From Lepidodermella squamata (lineage: Eukaryota > Animalia > Gastrotricha), in contig JBLDXI010000013.1 of assembly GCA_047495785.1 (NCBI GenBank), positions 434,001-498,000 of the forward strand: DNA of 64,000 nt. The letters run 5' to 3'. The notes under the pieces are model-generated. The model saw only the letters and a program-made list of their open reading frames with translations, was not told the DNA's origin and searched no databases. The position numbers and the translations under genes are program-made. Below are positions 12,430 to 24,115 of the stretch, piece by piece (position 1 is the first letter of the stretch; every line of letters begins with the position of its first letter).

Positions 12430-14075
12430 GATCGATGGTATTGTAAAGTCATCTCTCAATTGCTGGCAGTGGATGCTGAGGATAAGGCCCCGAAAAAGAG
12501 ATCACCCGTGCCTTGAATAAGGTTAAATCAGGTATGCTTGATGTAGGATGGTGCGACTGAAACATAGTAGATGATAATATTACTATTACTATAATAATTA
12601 TTATTATTATTGTGTATCTATGGACTGAAAGCTTACTCCTGAATTATGACGCGACAAGACAGACGAGTGGAAACTAAACTGCAAACCGATTCTGAGGAAG
12701 ATGTTGTCTTGATCCGTTCGTCAGGGTTCGCAGGCTTCGGTTTGTCATTGTGGGTACCAGTTAATAAAGTGAATAAAATGAACTTTTTCACCAAAAATCA
12801 AAAGAAGCATTTTCGTCACCAATTTCTCAAATTTTATCTCAATATAACGAGGATTTCAAGAAAGTTTACAACAGACTAGATCTATCTACTGGTGAAACCC
12901 GCTCCAAAAAATTCCTCATGGTTACGGGTTACGGAGTTATTGAAAAATTCGAGGCAAAAAAATTATCATCCGTACTTTAGGATGAATGAAGCATTTGTTT
13001 GCTCATGCGGCAACAGATCATTTTCACGGCAAATGCGGCAAATGGAGGTACCGCAGATTCTCTTGCGCTGGCTACTACGGATGAAAGTTTGGCGGACGGA
13101 AATGTCCCTAACCGGCTGCAATAATCTCCGCACCTCTATCTGGTCGCATTGTCGTTGATTGATCCGCCTCATCTATAGGTCAATTCACAGTAAAAGGTCT
13201 ATCAATTCGTTCTATCAAAATAAATAAGACACGAGCAAAGGTAACTTGGCCGCGTGAATATTTCACTCGAAAATGAACAACGCGCCAAAAACTAGCACGA
13301 TAAGCATTTTACTCCTGAAATCGGCCAAATTACCTCATACCAGGTGACCAAAGCTTTCTACTTTCTAGATTACTCAAATATGTTTCAATTTCGGCTGTCT
13401 TTTCCATCTAATGCAAGTCAAATTGTTGGCTGCACAAACTTCGACCGACCGCATGTGACTGAAAAACCGAGTTTGTGAGTTTGTGTAACAGTAAGGATGT
13501 TTTCTTTCATTCTCCCCGGAATTTCGGGGAGCTCAAGCTCAAACTTCGGATGAAAGAATTTTCCATGTAAACGCCAGAGGTTTTCAGGCAATCGAGTCTA
13601 CTTAGCTCTTAATTTTTCCTTTCAAGATGAGCTTCAGAAGTGGGCGACCCGACACCGGCGGGGTGAATAGAAACACACCCTAACAGTGCGAAAACTGAGG
13701 TTTCTGAAGTCGTAAGTTCTTAAGTAATCTTGGCAAACCAATAAAATTTTCTAGTTATCGCGTTCCAAAGAAATTCCTCCAGATTCACATCTCGCGAATG
13801 GTTCACATCTTGCGAAAAAATGAGCACCATTAAGAAAACCGCCTGAACGGTTAAGCCACGGATTCCGTGCAACATTTTCGAACGAATCGTTAGGACTATC
13901 AGCGCCAATAACCCGTGGTGTCTTCAATTTAGTCGTTCCTGGACTAAGATTACAGCAGGAGCGTAAGACGCTCGCATTTCTTCCTACCATTCCATTTTTC
14001 TTCAATCTTCCACTCTCTTCTTCTACGCTTCTGGCGCGCTTTAAATAAAATGAACAATAAAATGCCGTTTCAAAT
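12430..14075 (+). ncRNA. Candidate spliced noncoding transcript divergent from FoxF (boundaries approximate)
   Basis: Ordered plus-strand splice signals: donors at 12532, 13241, 13475/13491 and 13712; acceptors ending 13368, 13626 and 13754. Two AATAAA at 14044 and 14056. No long open frame survives splicing. Confidence 0.3.
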
Positions 14076-14192
14076 GTCAATTTTTGTGATTTCAGTTTAT
14101 TTTCTCTTCGACCTCCAATAATAGCACGCTTTATTCACGCTTTATCCCAGCACAGACGTCGGAAATCATAATTTTGCGAGCGAAGTATTTAT

Positions 14193-14659
14193 TTAGGCCA
14201 CGACGTTGGCGTTGGGGCCTCGCCGGCGGCCGACACCGACCACAACATTGACGAAGCGACGGTTGTATTGCTGGCGACGCTTAGCACGGCCGGTCTTCTT
14301 TTTGCGCTTCTCAGCCTTCGCAACCTTGGGGGTTTGCGCCTTGACCTTACCGGCACGGGCAAGGGAGCCGTGGACTTTACCACCGGGCAGGCGAGCGGCG
14401 ACATCGATGGTGGAACCGGCGTGAAGGCCTTCCAGGTCAGTGATGGCGCCGGTGGCTGGCAGGGGGCGACCACCGAAGGTGACGGCGATATCAGAAACGC
14501 CAAGGACAGACGAGACAACATTCTGAAGTGAAATAAACATGAAAAACCGCCAAATAGTCATTTTCTACGAGAACGTACCAACAGGTCATCGTACTTCGCG
14601 CTGGGGTCGACCTCAATGGAGGTTGTTTGCGAACCGTCGAAGCGGACGAAAAGCTGCAT
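14193..14659 (-). CDS. FAU: Ubiquitin-like FUBI-ribosomal protein eS30 fusion (exons 14659-14579, 14522-14193)
   Basis: [11 protein letters not shown]... ubiquitin-like domain ends RLPGG and is followed by eS30 [21 protein letters not shown]...[17 protein letters not shown]...GPNAN. Confidence 0.97.
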
Positions 14660-14847
14660 GATTATTACTCAAATGTAACTCCTAAAATCAAATTCAAATA
14701 TTGTTAAATTCATTTTCAATGTTGGTGCAGAAAAATCGCAAAAATGAGATCATCATCATCACAAGAGAATGAGCAATAAAGCGGAGATCAGTGATAACAC
14801 TTGGTGCTTTTCAAAACAAGTACAAATAAATAGAAATGGAATGATGT

Positions 14848-17800
14848 TCATCGCTGAGTATTATACGTGACTGTAGGTGTTGAGGTTTGGACTCCGATGT
14901 ACACCCATACGGCTAGAATGCTCATCGGATACGGTTCAACATGAACAGCTAGAACGTAGGTGACTTCTGGGTCGTTAATTTGCCACACACGAGTCGCCCG
15001 AACTGCGTCGATTATAGCCCCGATACTTGTGAATGGTTGTTGAAGCGTGAACCCAGTAACGCCATAGCGCTCCAACTCGTCACTGATGTCCTTCACGTCG
15101 ACTGGAGTACCGTCGCGCCGATTGCCCTCCAAATGCTGCAAGTGTTCCTGCACTCGGTGGCTCAGCAGACGATTCATCGCGTTTCGCCCAGGTTCGCGCC
15201 ATTTGTTGAGTTTTCTATGTATAGCGTCGCGGATGATCAAGCGAAGACGTAGAGCTGCTTCCTTGGCCTTGATCACTTGGTCAGCCGTTGCAGCCGGATC
15301 TTCTCGTGTGGCCGATGAAGGCGTAGTCGAACTTGAGAATTCGCCTGGTTTGAAAAACGCCTCCCACATTTTCTTGTCAGCAAACGTCATTTTCGTATCA
15401 CAGCAGCGATTTGACGGTTGAATATTCGCATAGACGTTATTTTCGGTGATTATGCAGTCGATTGTTTGAAGGGGGCAGAATGGATCACTCAAATCGAAAG
15501 GAAGCCCGGTTTTAGGGTCCCAGACCATATAGCGCTTGTCTTGCGACTCGGAAATCACGTAGGTAGACCGACCGTCGGGTACAGCCTCGCCTATAGCAAT
15601 ATAGGCAGTCCTGCCCAGGTAGAGAAAATACGAAACGAGAAGACATGAATGCTCTTCGTCATCGCCGCTCAGCATTTTCAGGAACTGGTCAGTCGTCGCC
15701 CAAACGTCGATTTGAATCGGAAACACGTCCATATCTGATACAAACGGGAACAGCGAGACGAATCTCGCGATTCGACGGTCGATCAAATCCGGCGTAGACA
15801 TACTACCACTCAGCAGCTCTTGGGGTGGGGCGATGTGCCTCAGGTAGCGCGAGACGAATACACGTTTACCCGTAACATCGATGACTGCGAGCAGAACCTC
15901 GCGAGACGGAAATTTAGTCGAAAACTTGTTACTGAATGCGTCAGCTCGCTCGATCAACGACGCCTCCTCGTTGGTCGGTAAGTTGGTTGGCGGGCCGTCA
16001 GGGAGCAAGAGAGCCGGAGTCAATGTGGCATAGACACTAATCAGAAGCTGATTGGGACCAACCAAACTCGGCTCAACCTGGGGAACGTAGAACGTCCCTT
16101 CGACTGACGTATTGAGATATACAGCAGACCAACGCAGTTTCAGAGTGCCAAGCCACAGACGTTCAACGCGCTGAGTTACAACAGAGCCGTCGCCTCTTGC
16201 ATCAAGACTCAAAACCTTGTTGCGACGAGCGAAAACGGAGATATAGATGAAATCGTTTGCTGACTGAAGACTGGGCGGCGAGAAATCGTCGTTAGGCGCT
16301 CGGAAGGTGAAAGTCATCTTCTCGTTCCAAGTTGGCTCAAACCCCATTGCCACGGAAGTTTCTTGAGTTTTCTCCTGGAAAGAAACCTCAGCGTAAACGC
16401 GAAGACCGTCTTTCATGTCCAATGGCGAGCCTTGAGGTACGCGAATATGGGCCCGTAGGATGGAAACGATCAGACTGACATCTCCAGGCTGCAAATTCTG
16501 ACCAGGAATCTTCTTGCGAGGAACACGCTTCGGCTGCAACGGACGTCGAGGCTCAAATACTCGAGCGAGTGCCTCGAGGCCAGTTCGGATGCTGGGAACA
16601 TCGTCTTCAAAAACTACGTCGACCAAGTTCAACTTGTGCGCGGCGATGTTGAGTTGCTGAATCACGGCCTCGCGAGCCTTTTGAAGTTGCCTAGCACCTT
16701 GCAGTCGCTGAACTTCGAACTCATGTAGGCCACCGACTGATTGAGCTGCGACGTCAAAGTCAGCGGCAACTTCATCTTTGCTGGGCGGGTGATCATCGCT
16801 TTGGGCGGTTAACTTGCCAGCAACACTGCCGAATATGGGATTTTCAACTTGTTGAGCTTGCCAGCGACGCAGCATTTTCACATCGACGTCCGCTTCGTCG
16901 GCAGGTATCATTTTCAGTTTGCGGAAATCGCCGATTTCTTTGTCGCGTAACTCTAGAATTCGATAACGGGAAGATTTGGCAAAAGCTTCGTCTGGTACGA
17001 AGTTGAACTCGTCTTGCAAATGTTCTAGACGGAAGTACGAGGCGACCGAGGTCGAATTGGCCGTTGAAGCAGCTATAATACAATCGATATCAAAAAATAC
17101 TCGATTATGCAATTGAACTTACATGATGATCGAAGCAAATACACGAGCTCGGCGTTGTTTGGGTGATTAGGATCTAGGGCACCAGATAGAATCATCTCTC
17201 TGACACGATTAGCATCCATGATATGATTGGAGCCCCTCGAATTCTGAAATATAAAGAATTACAGTTTCATGCTTTCCAACGGCGACGAATCAACATACCA
17301 TAGCATTTATAGCTTGAGCAACACTCGGAGGCGGTGGGGCATCTAACGACCACGCGGCTCCAGCTTTCAACGTGCCGCCAACCAGGTACTGTCCATACGG
17401 TAAACCGCTACCGACAGCAGTTGAAGAGCCTGTTGGTGGATGCTCAGTAGGGCAAGTGAACTCGAATGATTGAATGAAAGGGCGATTAGCAACGCAAGTG
17501 ACATCAGGAATGGGTATGTAGACTGTAGCCAATTTTGACATAACAGACTCATGCACCTCGACTGCGATGTTCTCTGGGAGATCGCTGAGCAAAACTGGGA
17601 AAGTATGATCGAATTCAACGGAAAAATCACTGCCGAGTGGCCGCCTGCTAGTTTCAGACAGCATTGAGGTGCCAACCACCAGGCGCAACCAAACGTTTCT
17701 AGATATCGCATAGGTCGTAAGTGAAATATAAAGCAAGTTAGAAGCTCAAGCTTACGTTCGAGTGACATCGTTTCGGCGATTTTGTTCAGCGCGGGGTAAT

Positions 17801-19605
17801 TGCTCAAGCGGAGTAACTGAGACGCCACTGGGTTGCAGATCAAAACTCAGATGGGGTGATCCGGGTTGTCGACGCTGTTCAGTTGCTCGTTGCACAACAT
17901 TCGCGCGTATAGCATCTCGATCGGGAAGTTTGGGCTCGTCTTGATTGCCGACTTCTTGGTCATGAGTCCGAGCAGCTTTTTTAGCTCTCTCGTATTCGCG
18001 CATTGCTTGAAGATAAATTTCTTCCGTTTCATCATCAATATCACGGCGAAATTCGGAGGTTTCAAATTCAATTTCTTCAGCGCTCAGCATCCTGCGATTG
18101 ATGACAAGTTTCCATCCAGTTACGGCATACCCTACGGCTTTACGATGGTCTTTCAAATTACGCCAAGCATTGATAATCCCTCGCGTCAATGCCAGTTCTG
18201 CGGCCATTTCTGCCAGGAGTTGCCTTCGAATGAAAATCACTTGATCTGCATATGCATCGTGACGGGATTGAAGATCAGGTAAGACGGCATTGGAGGTATG
18301 AGACTGGTCTGAAATATCTTTACTAGCCAATTCATGACCAACAGCAGCTACTGCTAGACGAACTGCATCAAGCTGCTGACGCCAGTAAGTGATCAGCTCA
18401 CGACTCTGCCAGTCAATAAACGAAGAGAATAGATTTTGCAGCTTGCTGGCAAGGACGTGTTCCCCACTGCACAAATAGTGATGCGAAAATTGGAGTTTCC
18501 CGATGGCAATTTCCATGCGAAACAGTTGATCGTTCTCATCAGCAAATTTTTTTGTGCCTTCGACAAACGCTTTTCGATAGTGAAAAGGCTTATCTCCGCG
18601 AGCCCCCATGGCTGATGAAGGAGGTAAAATTCGCATGGGTTTATGCCGCAACGGATCCGGCAATGCTAACGGTTGGCCACTCTCGTCAAGCCACTCCACA
18701 GCTTTGTCCGGGGCAGTTTGATTCAGCAGTCTCTCGCGTATTCTCTCCACGTTGCGTTGAGCCATCGCAGGGCGCTCGCCGACGTAGAAGCCTTCGTCTT
18801 CTAGCAATCTGATTTCATCAGGCTTCGTAGAAAATTCATCCGGCACACCCGACGGAACATATGTATAAATTTTCTCCTCAGCTTGAGTCTGTTCGCCACG
18901 AACGGTGATGACAACGCCCCCTTTACGCCTCAGTGCATCTTTCCGAAGCCGTAACTCTGAAACGAGGAGAGGAGCATCGTCGGTCGGCTTTTCTTCATCT
19001 ACTGAAGCGATTTCCGCTTCTACGCTCGCGGGCTGGTGTTTTGGTTCATCGGTCCAAAGTGATGCTCTTGGGAGTCCATCCCAATTACCGGTGAAAAAAT
19101 TGACCTGCTCATCAGCGGTGAGCAATAGCCCCCGTTTTATCTTTGCTTCAACAGATAACTGAAAATCAACAAATTTCATGATTATTCGGCCTAGATAATA
19201 CCAGCGACTCACCTTCGCGCGGGAAGCTACAACATCCCGAAAACGTCCACGACTTGAAGATGGAACAGCAACAGACGCTTGCTATTGCAAAGATAACTCG
19301 GGTGAACACATTACTCTGTAAAACAAGTTTCACATACTTCTGATTGAACCTCGCGAATGTCTGAGTCTTCCGACTGCTGTATTCGATCTAATCGCTTTCT
19401 GGAAGATGTAGGGCGCACGGAAGCTGAATCCGGCGTAGCTACTTCGCGTTCATCTGACACATCAGGCTGCGCTTGGGGAATGGAGGCGGTGCTTATCTAT
19501 GACAATTAATGTATCGCAACCTGTGCACCTAGCATTTTTAGAATTCCGGATACTCACCTTGAGTCTCCGTCTACGAGACGTATCTCCGCCGATCTCTGCT
19601 GACAT
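14848..19605 (-). CDS. CC2D2A: Coiled-coil and C2 domain protein 2A (MKS6), ciliary transition-zone protein (multi-exon)
   Basis: EDEGFYVGERP, LALPDPL, LQFSHHYLCSGEHVLASKL, C2 domain (YAEVSFQ...PTWNE...FSPPSLQ), transglutaminase-like GDDEEHSCLL, CPLQTIDCI and C-terminal LAVHVEPYP..ILAVWVY. The 5' small exons (ATG 19605) are inferred from splice sites. Confidence 0.93.
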
Positions 19606-19785
19606 TTGCGGTAAAAACCTGTTAATAAGGAAAAATTACAGTCAAAAGATGAATCGGAGTTGATACAATCATCTCGGCCCCAGAGAAGGAAGATTGACGA
19701 TAAAGCGGTTATTAATCTTAGATCTAAGACCTAGTAGAATTAGGACATAACACCCCAAAAAAGCCGATCGAAAGATGCGTTTGAA

Positions 19786-19798
19786 GTTTTTAGGCAAC
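19786..19798. promoter_or_regulatory. Candidate RFX X-box upstream of CC2D2A
   Basis: GTTTTTAGGCAAC lies about 180 bp upstream of the ATG and has a strong GGCAAC half-site. RFX control of transition-zone genes is established. Confidence 0.4.
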
Positions 19799-21235
19799 AC
19801 ACACCCAAAACGCGGTACGTTTTATCTGATTAATAATATCAAAATAAAAATTGGAAATCTTTGAAATTAAAAAATAGCTACTTGGAATAAATGTAAAGCT
19901 ATAATAAAAAATTATTCAAGGCTGCGCCGCATTGCTTTTGCGAAATTTTTCAGGTTCCACGCTTTAGTTTTGATACCTGGCCCTACCCGGTACCCGGTAC
20001 CGTTGAACCTGAGAATATAACCAGAGTATTAGCATGTATAGTAAATGGCTGCGATTGCGATGTTTGTGATGCGTGTAGATTCATGTCGTTGTTTCTGCAG
20101 TTGCATAGGCAATAAAGTTTGGGCCACTGACATGCATGGAATGATCAAAAGATGTTTATTTATTTATTTGTAAGCTCATACGCCCAATAGAGGGCAGCTT
20201 GACAATGTCAGGGAAAACAACATATAATTGCAGGGCAAGTTCAGATTTAGGACAGGAAAGGTGTAAGGTGTAATGTGTAAGAAAGGTGTAAGATTTTAGC
20301 ATCTTCATGCCTTTTGAGGCGCACTGTGTGGCCTTGCATGGGATGCCCTGAAATATCAGGTAGGGCTGATATACTTCATTTTTTTTATGCGCATTTGATT
20401 CCGAAACTGTTCAGGATTAAAACTGATTAGCAATAATTATCTTAATAAACTAACACTGTCATCTTCATCTCCAAAGCTTGGAAACTCTTGCATCTTCAGC
20501 GCCATCTTCGGGCAAGAGCAGCATCAGCACTACCCATATCAGGTAATATTAGCCCTAAGGTACTTGCAATATGTAACAACGAAGTTGACTGGTACCAACT
20601 GTACATACATGCGAGGTCACTCTGCTTTTACCTCACTCAGGGTTGATCAGTTGGCCAGAAATGGAACTGCCAATAACAATTGTCGGTTTTAAAGGCAGTC
20701 TGGATAAACCATTATGTTGCAAATATTAACCCAGGGTTATGCTACGTTCTACGTTGCAGGGCCGAACATCGTCGAGAACGGGGCTTCTAATTGAACCTAT
20801 TATTCGTGCACTATTATTTGCGTGGAGAAAAACCTATTTGCTTACTATTCCTACAAGATTATCCTACAAGATTTACCAGCTCATAAATGAAGATCAAATG
20901 AATGGGCTTCAATTCGCATCTGCGCAGACTTAACTTTTATACCCTCAATTTTTATTGGGCGCAAATGTATAACTGCGAAAGTAAACTTTGCGCCAGTGGT
21001 GACAGGAATCCTGAGGTAAAATGGATGTTTCGGCAACGGGGTACCAGCCTAAAACAATGCCGCTAAAACAGATGATAAAACAGATTATCGCGCATAGTCC
21101 AGCGACGGTTCGTTCCACCTTTTATTATCTGTCTCTCTGCGGGTAATAAGGAATATGGATCGAGTCTACTTTCATAATTCACCAAACCAAAACGTCTAAA
21201 AATTCGGCCCCAAAATATTTCCCAATTTCCCCAAG

Positions 21236-21400
21236 GCGGACGTTGTACCTCACGCTGATCCGGTCAATTTGGTCGTTCGGCAACATCTGCGTCTCCGCCA
21301 CATCGAAGCAGCAGCTGCGGTGGCTCTCTGTCCTGCAGAACGACTGCCTTCAGGCGATCCTCTGCTTCCCCAATGACGGCCGCGTTAGGAGAGCCGCTGC
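21236..21400 (+). mobile_element. Non-LTR retrotransposon (LINE) remnant, C-terminal part of reverse transcriptase
   Basis: Translates RTLYLTLIRSIWSFGNICVSATSKQQLRWLSVLQNDCLQAILCFP. This matches the LINE RT thumb-region pattern LYxxLIRSxxxYG...SKxxLxxLxxxQNxxLRxILGxP. It is a GC-rich island in AT-rich flanks. Confidence 0.65.
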
Positions 21401-22146
21401 CGTGTTCGCTGGCGTTGCGTTTCATTTTACCTGACTGATTGCATGCTCATGAAATGGGCAAAATAACATATTTCTTTATATGTTCATGAGTTCTCTCGTT
21501 CTCGGTATTATCTCTCTCGATATTGAATGATGACACCGCATAAAGCATATGTGGAAAACACCGTTTGAATTGAATAACTTTTGCGAGATGGGGCCGTATT
21601 AGTTTTCCTGTCATTCGTGGAACCATATCGACCTAGGATTAAATTTATTTATTTCTAAAATTTTAAATTTATTATCTAAATTAAAAATTTTTAATATCGG
21701 TCTAAAGAATAATGGGTCCAATGCAAATCAAATCTATGGGTTACGTAATAGATATGGTCAAATCGATAGCGCTTGTCGACTTTACGAATCGAATACTATA
21801 AGTATCCCTAAACTCCAATGCAAATCTCCATGAAAACCTTGAAAACACATTTTTCCCATACCAAATTGCGTACTAGGTCTGGGTCCAAGAAATTTTTTTC
21901 TTCGGGACGTTATGTAAGAAAGGGAGTGGCTGCCCGGTACTAGTTGTTATGCTTTTATCACTCAACTTGATGAGAGCTACATTTTTACACTAACATCAAC
22001 TCGATAGGAGTTGGGTTTTGGCTTGCTGTTCACGGTCGCCCTACTTCAGCGCTCGATCCTCTCTTTGCCCATTTATAAATCCATTCCTAAATACTGTTAT
22101 TCTTTTATACAATTAAAAATGGTGCAATCAGAAGGTAAACAATAAA

Positions 22147-22177
<31 letters not shown>
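22147..22177. repeat. (ATG)n microsatellite
   Basis: About 10 tandem ATG units. Confidence 0.9.
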
Positions 22178-23130
22178 GGAGGAGAAAGAAATAAAGTTAT
22201 CCCCACTAGCGAACGACCGAATTACTTAATATGGGTGCATCCAAAAAATCCTGGAAATATTGGCCGTTGATCTTAGAATTCGGCCCTCTTTTGGAAAATA
22301 CTTTTGGAAAGTAATCTGGGCATCGGCATAGTGTAGAAACCGCAAGACCGAAAGCCTCGTCGCCTTCCCTCGTGCGCCAAGCGCAGAAAAATAAGAAACT
22401 TCAAAAAACGCGCCAATTAAAAATAATGTGAAGAACAAAACGTTATTAATAATAACAAATATAATTGTTAATGATAATTATAAACACATTCACAATCTTT
22501 TCTATTTTTAATTTTGAAATTTTCGCGGGTTTCGGAGTTGCCGGCGGTTCAAACCACGTGGATCTTTCGTGAAAAGTAGGAGAGTTGGGTTTTGGCTGAG
22601 ACGCAGCCCCAGTTCACTGCCGGTTTAAATTGGGTCAAGCTATATAGCGCTTATATATAGTTATATAGTTCGTTGTAAACTGCCAGCTTACCAGCAGTTG
22701 ATTTTTGGCCGCATCAAACATGATGAAGAAATAGGAAATGGCTTGCCTCAATCAGAAGTCAGTGAAACGTATCACCCTATCATCCCCTATCATTCGCACG
22801 GCGAAGTTCTGAAAACTGTTATCGCCTGTCATGATGGCGATGTCGATGAAGTATATGTAGTATCTGTTTGGAGAATCATTAGGTTTAGTCACCCGCTGGG
22901 ACAACTTGGATTATTTTTAGGTGTAAATTGCTCAGCATTTGCGCGGCCTCGAAGTCGAACGATGATCATCCCCCTTGTTACTGAATAGATTGTTGCCCCG
23001 AATATGATGGTACCTTTCCTTTGTTTTTGATAGTCGCTTTTCTTGATTTTATTATTTTCTCGGTAAATTGTTTTAACCTTTTTCTTTAATCGTTGAACTA
23101 TCGTAGACGTATAAAAGATATTTGTATACT

Positions 23131-23429
23131 TATGTCGTAGAAAGAAGAGCAATTTAGATTTTTAGCCCAAAAACCTAGATTTTAGAGCAATCCGAAGGGT
23201 CATTTTTACTATAACAGTGAACACAAGGTCTAATAATTGATGCCCCGTGAACATGTTCGCTGTGCTCACATGTAAATGATTTTTCAATAAACATATTGCT
23301 AAGCTAGCAGAGTTAGCTAGAAAGCCAGAAAAAGCATGTCAAAAATGACTTTTAGGCAATAATCGAGTAAACAACTGAAAATCTAGATTTTTGGGCAAAA
23401 ACTCGGATTGCTCTTCTTTCTATTACATA
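23131..23429. mobile_element. Degenerate MITE with ~53-bp imperfect terminal inverted repeats
   Basis: Left end tatgtcgtagaaagaagagcaatttagatttttagcccaaaaacctagatttt pairs with the reverse complement of 23378-23429 (tatgtaatagaaagaagagcaatccgagtttttgcccaaaaatctagatttt). Inner gtcattttt/aaaaatgac extends the symmetry. Confidence 0.7.
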
Positions 23430-24115
23430 TATCATATATCACTGATAAATCGCCAGCCGTAGTAGCCGGTTAGAAAACTCCTTCCTATACGGGCCTACTA
23501 AATAGCTAAGCGGATTCAATTAACCATGGACTAATCTAAACTTTCCAGTGTCGTTAGCGGCAATTGTTCTCGAATGACTGCATCGGGTTTTTTGTTGTTT
23601 TGACACACACAAAATATAAGCCTTAATCCGATTCGTTGCGCACGTGACTAATGTTGAACTCGTGTTACGGCGGTGTTTCATGTGTTATGTTAATTTTCGC
23701 ATCTTGAGGTGCGACTTCGATAAAGTGCAAATTTAAAGCATTGTGTTGTTTTCTGCTTCTACCACGTGACTTTATGACCGTAATCTGTAAACATTTTTTC
23801 GCCAGACGTTAGTATCCTTAATTGGAAGTCCTAACAGCCTCGCTCATACAAACTGAACTTGCTCGTCAAAGGGAGCAACGGTGTAGCAGTAATAACTTGA
23901 AACCGTATTTAATAGTATGTGATATGCTATCATAAACTGTTATATTGCTTGTTGTTAGCGAGTAGACGGATATATAATTTAATTACGGCTGTTTGAGAGA
24001 ATGTGTTTCTGACGGATTTTTTATTGACAAGGTGGCGCCTTAAGTTGCGAAGTGCCCATTTTACATTTTGTTAACTATTGCTATCTTATATTCATATAGG
24101 TTGCTTTTACATGCA

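Noticed and set aside
14189-14531. Overlapping alternative-frame and antisense ORFs on RPS30
   Set aside because: By-product of GC-rich biased codons; no independent start or splice support.
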